Shown: positions 33,400-38,786 of the stretch, one piece after another | Position numbering within the stretch: the first letter of the stretch is position 1 | Layout: the number at the start of each line of letters is the position of its first letter | Origin: Folioceros fuciformis | Taxonomy: Eukaryota | Reading direction: 5' to 3' | NCBI GenBank assembly: GCA_049999805.1 | Contig: JBNGIO010006356.1 | Coordinates: 577,273 to 616,058, forward strand | Length of the DNA: 38,786 nucleotides | Position numbers and translations under genes: made by a program | The notes under the pieces: model-generated | What the model was told of the DNA's origin: nothing | The model's input: the letters and a program-made list of their open reading frames with translations, nothing else | Databases searched by the model: none

Positions 33400-34300
33400 C
33401 CGTCAGTGAATCCGTCAGCTTCTCTCCAATCGCTCGCTCCCTCTGGAGGGAAGTTGCAGGGCAAGCATGGACTCTCTGGGTGGGATACCACAGGGCAGAA
33501 CAGGTAGCAGACTCCAACCCCGATTCACATTGAGCTGAACCTCTATCGGATCGGACCGGAGTATCCAGCTCTTCCAGCTTCCTAGGCACGAAGCTCACAT
33601 CTTAGTGGCCCTGGATCTCATCAGGTGGTAGACAACTCTGACCTCAAGCCAATCCTGGACAGTTCCATTACAGGAAAAACGTCTCTCAAGGTAGGCCACG
33701 CCAGGTTCGGCCAGCCCAGATCATGCCAACTGCAAACAGACTACAAGGAGGCGGCAGCTCTTCCACTCACCAATACTTTACGTCATCATGGTGATGGTGG
33801 GTGCCTCCTCACCACCTTGTCTCTGCACACACAAGAATTTTGTTAATACCAGCATTGCGAAATCGGAACCTCCTGACACGGCAACTCGTACGTGGTCTGT
33901 GTCCCGTATCATCCCCGCGACCACACTTCATGCGTGAGTTCCTCATTAGGTGACACCGCGAGTACAAAGCACGCTCGGCCTGTACTGGGGGTTGTACATC
34001 CCCACCAGCTCGGCCCAGGCGCATGGCTTCCCCCTTGGAAAAGAAGAGGCCCACGACAACAGAGGAGCCGACTGCCCCATTGACCTCCGCCTCACTGTAG
34101 AAAAGGGCATGCTGAGGAGGCGGTCAATGCCAGGAAACCTCAACACGACCACATTATCACCGGCCTCATTCAATCACTCATCAATCACAGATCCAGACAT
34201 GTGAAGCCACCCATTACGTTGCCAATGTCTCATCAACAAGTTTGGCAGATGCAAATACATACATATCCTAATATCCGTGGGACAGAATAGAAAACGTATT
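33400..34300 (-). pseudogene. Possible decayed F-box/beta-propeller gene fragment
   Basis: Stop-interrupted fragments (MYLHLPNLLMRHWQ, VRVAVSGGS, VSFVPRKLEEL) loosely resemble plant F-box C-terminal domains. Weak. Confidence 0.15.
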
Positions 34301-34520
34301 TCGGTGTCACCACATCGAAAGTATGCCACACTCAACAAGTCCAGCTCGCAAGTTGCAAGCGTGTCCCTCGCACCATGCCTCAAATACTGCCTCTCCACCG
34401 CCCCCCTCTTTCACATCCCTCGCCATGAACAGTGGCACACTCGACTGCACAAGCTTCATGGCCACCAGGTCTGTATCGGATCATGGATCCGGTTCAGCTA
34501 CAAATTTGGATAGGCTTTTC

Positions 34521-35344
34521 TCAGCCGGCTGTTCTCAGTGGAGGTGAAACCAGGATGACTCCATCTCCTCGCACAAACAGATAAGGAACGTGTCTTTTCG
34601 AGGTCTGCCAAAATGCCACACACACACACACGCTCGTCTGTTACACGAAGGTACCTACCTTGCGGTATGCAGGGGAGGGAGCAACCAGAAGTGCACACTC
34701 AGATGCACGTCCTTACCTTCACAATCTCCTCATACGTCTCGTCGTCGATCTCCACAGAAGTCACGATCTCCTCGACATCCCCAAGAATCATGTTCAAGTG
34801 TTGGTCGTATGCCTGCACCACCAAGAGCCCCGCGCTAACGCATCAATTCTAACAGTCACAAAGCCCTAAATCGTTCTCGCTGTGACAGACGACATCAACG
34901 CAGCACGCAAGTCAGTCCCACGACTGGACCTGAGCGGGCAGAACAAAATCCCGGATACCGTACGTGGATTTTATGCCTGCGTCATCCCCAACCCATGCAT
35001 ACCTGTAGCTCCTGGAATCTTTGAAAAGCCCCGAGTGAGGGGATTGCAACACAAACCAAACCAGGCTTCAAGTGAGATGAAGATGCCAGCAACCACATCC
35101 ACAAACCTACCTCGCTACCTGCTCCTATACCTATCATGGTGGGAACGAGCAACCCCGACTCTCCTGCACCCAAGGTCACACACACGCCGAGGGCTAACCC
35201 GCAATCCATCCACACACAAACACGTACATGGAGCTTGCCGCGGAGCTCGCGATCTGACCGCAGCTTCACGTAAATCCGCTCGTCCAGGCTGAGCCTGATG
35301 AGGTCCAGAGGCTCCTTCACAGCGCTGTCCTCCTCAGTCGCCAT
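34521..35344 (-). CDS. LSM3: Sm-like protein LSM3; exons 35344-35228, 34812-34717 and 34604-34521 (98 aa)
   Basis: [54 protein letters not shown]..|..[16 protein letters not shown], with canonical phase-0 introns. Confidence 0.98.
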
Positions 35345-35532
35345 TTGCTCATTCCCGTATTTCCCGTTTCGGCTCGCTCTACGCTCTTCAAGCGTGTTGG
35401 AGCCAACGAACACCTAATAAACCTGGCTTCGTTGTAGCCGGCCGTTGACGCCCCGGGTAGCGAAAGCAGGCCAGATTCACAGCTCTACCTACATTCCTTC
35501 CCTCTTGTTCCGGCTCGCACTATCTGTGAACC

Positions 35533-38500
35533 ATGGCGGCGTCTTCTGCGTCGTCGGGCTCCTCGTCAAGAACCAAAACTCCCACCCAGCTCGAGCAAGA
35601 GTTCCTGGAGAAGCGTGTGCGGCAATTGCTCTATGCCCATGCTTCTATAGCGGTTCAGCAAGACTCTGTGCTGTAAGTTCCTGGTGCCTCAATTCCCCGT
35701 CACCGACCACTGAGCACATTTGGACAATCGCTGTGGACAGACTGGTGGGCAAGAAAGTTAGAAGGATGTATGCATTCTGCTTCTTCTTTTTTTTGTGGGG
35801 GGGGCAGAGAGGAGGAGGAGGGAAGGGATTTTGCGACTGTGCACGTGACAAGGTCGGGTGGTTGCATGTGTGCAGATTGGAAATATGGAAAGAGGAGCAT
35901 GTGACATACCTGGAGCGAGGATTGGACAGCTTGCCTGCGCCGTTTCACGTTCTGGATGCCAGGTGACGGAGTTTTTGGGAAAAGACCCTGCATTGCGCAC
36001 GTTCCGCCCTTGGTTTCAAGCTGTTGAAACGCTGTAATTTGAATCTGTAGCCGACCATGGCTTTGTTACTGGATTCTGCACTCGCTGGCACTCATCGGCG
36101 AACCACTAGATTTGCAGCTTTCTGAGCGTACAATCGACTTTTTGCAACGTTGTCAGGTGTCTTTCCTTTCCAGCTTCGTCTCCCCTTCATCTGCTGTTAG
36201 TTCTGAACCGGGGGAGTTTTCCTCGATTCTGGGTTGACATTAGCACAAGGAGCTCTGTGACCGTAAATCTTGTGTTTCTATAGGGTTGTGGTAATGTTTC
36301 TCCAGATTTCGTGATTTTCTTTGGCCGGGGTTGACTATCTTGGTGACATTTTTGTCTTACAGCACCCTACAGGTGGCTATGGTGGAGGACCTGGCCAGGT
36401 ATCTTGCCGCCACTGCTGGAAATCTGAGTGAGAAGGTGTGAGTTCATTCAGGCCAAAAGCCTTATTTGCCAGAGAAACTTAATTTGGTTACGCTTTGCAT
36501 CCTTGTAGATGCCCCATCTGGCGACAACATATGCTGCTGTTCTAGCTCTAATCACTTTAGGAGGAGAAACAGCACTAGCATCGATACAGAGGTAATATTT
36601 GCACCTAGGATATCTCCTCTTTCGCGAAGTTAACTTCCATTACCATCATCATTAAGTTTGGAGCTGTTTGGCTGCCCATTGCTCTGGGGTGGAAGGCTGA
36701 ACTACCCTGTTTCATACATTTTATTAGTCCAAACGGTTTGCTATCAGGAAAAAATAAATCATGACAGATGTACAGGGAAAAGTTGCTTCCATTTCTGCTT
36801 CGAATGAAGGATCCGTCTGGAGGGTTTTCGTAAGCATTACAAGTTGCTTTCCTCTCAACTGTTAAATATCCTGAGCCAAAGTTGTTTGCTGCACCTTGTT
36901 TTAACATACGTCTCATCTGGGTAACTGGTGCATCTTACGTCGATGTGTAGGATGCATGAGCAAGGGGAGATCGATGTTCGCGGCTGCTACACTGCCCTGG
37001 CGGTGTGTGTTCGGCCCGTTGTTTGTTGACAATTCGTTTGGACAGATTCAAGTTGCAATGTTAGCATGTCGTGGCCTTACCTTGTCACTGTGTTGGCACG
37101 TCTATCAATGTGGTCTGTGGCGGCCAAATTAGGTGGCCCATCTGCTGGATCTCATGGTTCCTGAGCTTCTGAACAATGTTGGAGAGTACATTGCCAGGTA
37201 CGCTGTGCCAATGGGCTTACTTCAAAGTCCGTTGGCTTTTTTTAACTCTTTTGCGTATTTTAGCCTGTCTACTGGAGGCTGGCCATTTCCAAGGGGCGTT
37301 GCTTATGCCTCAGGAGGAAGTCGTACAAGGGTAGTATATGTTTGTCAACAGGCATGGGTTGAGAGGTAGTATATGTTTGTCAACAGTCATGGGTTGAGAG
37401 GTAGTATATGTTTGTTAACAGGCATGGGTTGAGAGGTAGTGGATGTTTGTCAACAGGCATGGGTTGAGAGGTAGTATGTGTTTGTCATGAGGCATCGGTT
37501 GAGAGGCATTCTACTGATCGCGCTCATGCTGTGCAGCTGCCAAACTTATGAAGGTGGCATAGGGGGTGAGCCTGGTGCGGAAGCCCATGGAGGGTATGCC
37601 TTTTCCCAATGGGCTTCTCTTCGGTACTTTCATGCGTATTAGCTCAATGGTTGAGAGAAAGCTTGACTGCTAACGACTTGGGATGACAGGTATACGTTTT
37701 GTGGACTAGCTGCTGTTATCTTAGCAAATCGAGTGGAAGTACTTGACCTCCCAAGTCTGCTCGTAAGATTCGTTTGTTGTTTCCTTCTCAAGAGGATTTC
37801 ACACCAGCTTCTCTTGTCTGGGAAGGGATTTGTTCTTGAGCTTGCAAGTATCATGTTATGTCCTTCCTTTGGGGTGGACAGCATTGGGTGGTTTTCCGCC
37901 AAGCAAAGGTGGAAGGAGGCTTTCAAGGCCGCACAAACAAACTTGTCGATGGCTGCTACTCATTCTGGCAGGTTAGCTGGAGTGTTTTGAACTCGTGTCT
38001 GTGGACATTTGTTCGTCATGTGCAATCTGAATTCCCATGTGTTTCAGGGAGGCAGTTTTGCTCTTTTCCAGCAGTTGATGCCGCAACTCATCGATCAGCA
38101 ATGTAGCCTATACAAGGGGCCCGTAGAGAGCGTGGAAAGTGCGGGTGAAGCTGACAAGCCAGCTGAGGAACAGCCTTCCACAGGCGCCGAGATGCACGTC
38201 CGTGACGAACGACAGAGGCGTGCATTCTGGGCCGCTTGTCAAGACTTAACTGACGTTGTGACGAATCAGGCGGAAGTCACTGCCGAAGGGCTGTTTCCCG
38301 TACTGGACACAACCATTGAACGACCAGCTTCATTTGCTCGGTGTGAGGAGGTGGATTTCAGTCACGATCAGGAGATTGAGCAGAGCTCCAGGGATGAGAG
38401 GACGGGTGAAGCCTCTTCCTCTTCACCATGCCTGAGCGAAGAATTGCGGTATGGTCCTTTGTTCAACACTCGTGCTCTCCAGGGATACATCCTTCTCTGC

Positions 38501-38786
38501 AGTCAGGTTCGGATTCCCCCCACTTGGATTACATTTTCTCCCTCTTGTACCCAAAAGACAGCAACCTTCTAACGCGAGATTTGCCCAGGTTCTGGAGGGT
38601 GGATTGAGGGATAAGCCAGGGAAATCACGCGATTTCTACCACACCTGCTATTGCTTGAGTGGTCTCTCTGTGGCCCAATATGCCGGTTCACGCAAGCTCA
38701 GCGCTCTGCCTCCACCTCGTTCAGTGCTGGGCCCTTACAAAAATTTACTGGACTCCATTCATCCAGTGTGCAACGTCAAACTCGAC
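35533..38786 (+). CDS. ERA1: Protein farnesyltransferase beta subunit (ERA1/FTB), multi-exon, 3' end beyond the window
   Basis: LDASRPWLCYWILHSL, GGYGGGPGQ, PHLATTYAA, GEIDVRGCY, CQTYEGGIGGEPGAEAHGGYTFCGLAA, GFQGRTNKLVDGCYSFWQ and GGLRDKPGKSRDFYHTCYCLSGLS. Confidence 0.97.
37331..37505. repeat. 5 x 35-bp intronic minisatellite (GTAGTATATGTTTGTCAACAGGCATGGGTTGAGAG)
   Basis: Head-to-tail copies at 37331, 37366, 37401, 37436 and 37471; the last copy is the most diverged. Confidence 0.97.

Noticed and set aside
37331..37505. 35-bp repeats of CRISPR-repeat length
   Set aside because: The copies are directly adjacent with no spacers; this is an intronic minisatellite.
38100..38450. Acidic low-complexity insertion in the farnesyltransferase beta subunit
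   Set aside because: A variable insertion at this position is a known feature of plant FTB proteins.

Overview
This is eukaryotic land-plant nuclear DNA, not prokaryotic. It is very gene-dense, with short GT-AG introns and one 10-N assembly gap at 14356-14365. The compactness and a PLS-PPR gene with a 'WW'-type PG box suggest a seed-free plant, most likely a hornwort (inference). Eleven protein-coding genes are supported: a RING-H2 E3 ligase (RHY1A-like, with a poly-His tract), an EXS/ERD1-like membrane protein, a JMJ31-like JmjC dioxygenase, a class I plant terpene synthase broken by the gap, a DUF218/YdcF-like protein, a PLS-class PPR editing factor, a secreted root-cap/LEA-related protein, plastid CcdA, a PHT1 phosphate transporter, LSM3, and the farnesyltransferase beta subunit (runs off the window end). 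Non-genic elements are a probable LTR end (1-516), an AT-rich ~3 kb insertion (2811-5766), two possible F-box relics and several minisatellites. The insertion is bounded by TTAA plus imperfect inverted ends and contains a modular repeat array and a possible Ulp1-protease relic. The best leads are that TTAA-flanked element, an apparently gamma-domain-less terpene synthase, an in-frame decayed DYW deaminase motif just past the PPR stop codon, and four P1BS sites plus a uORF upstream of PHT1. I found no clearly new multi-gene system. All assignments are by eye, with no database searches.
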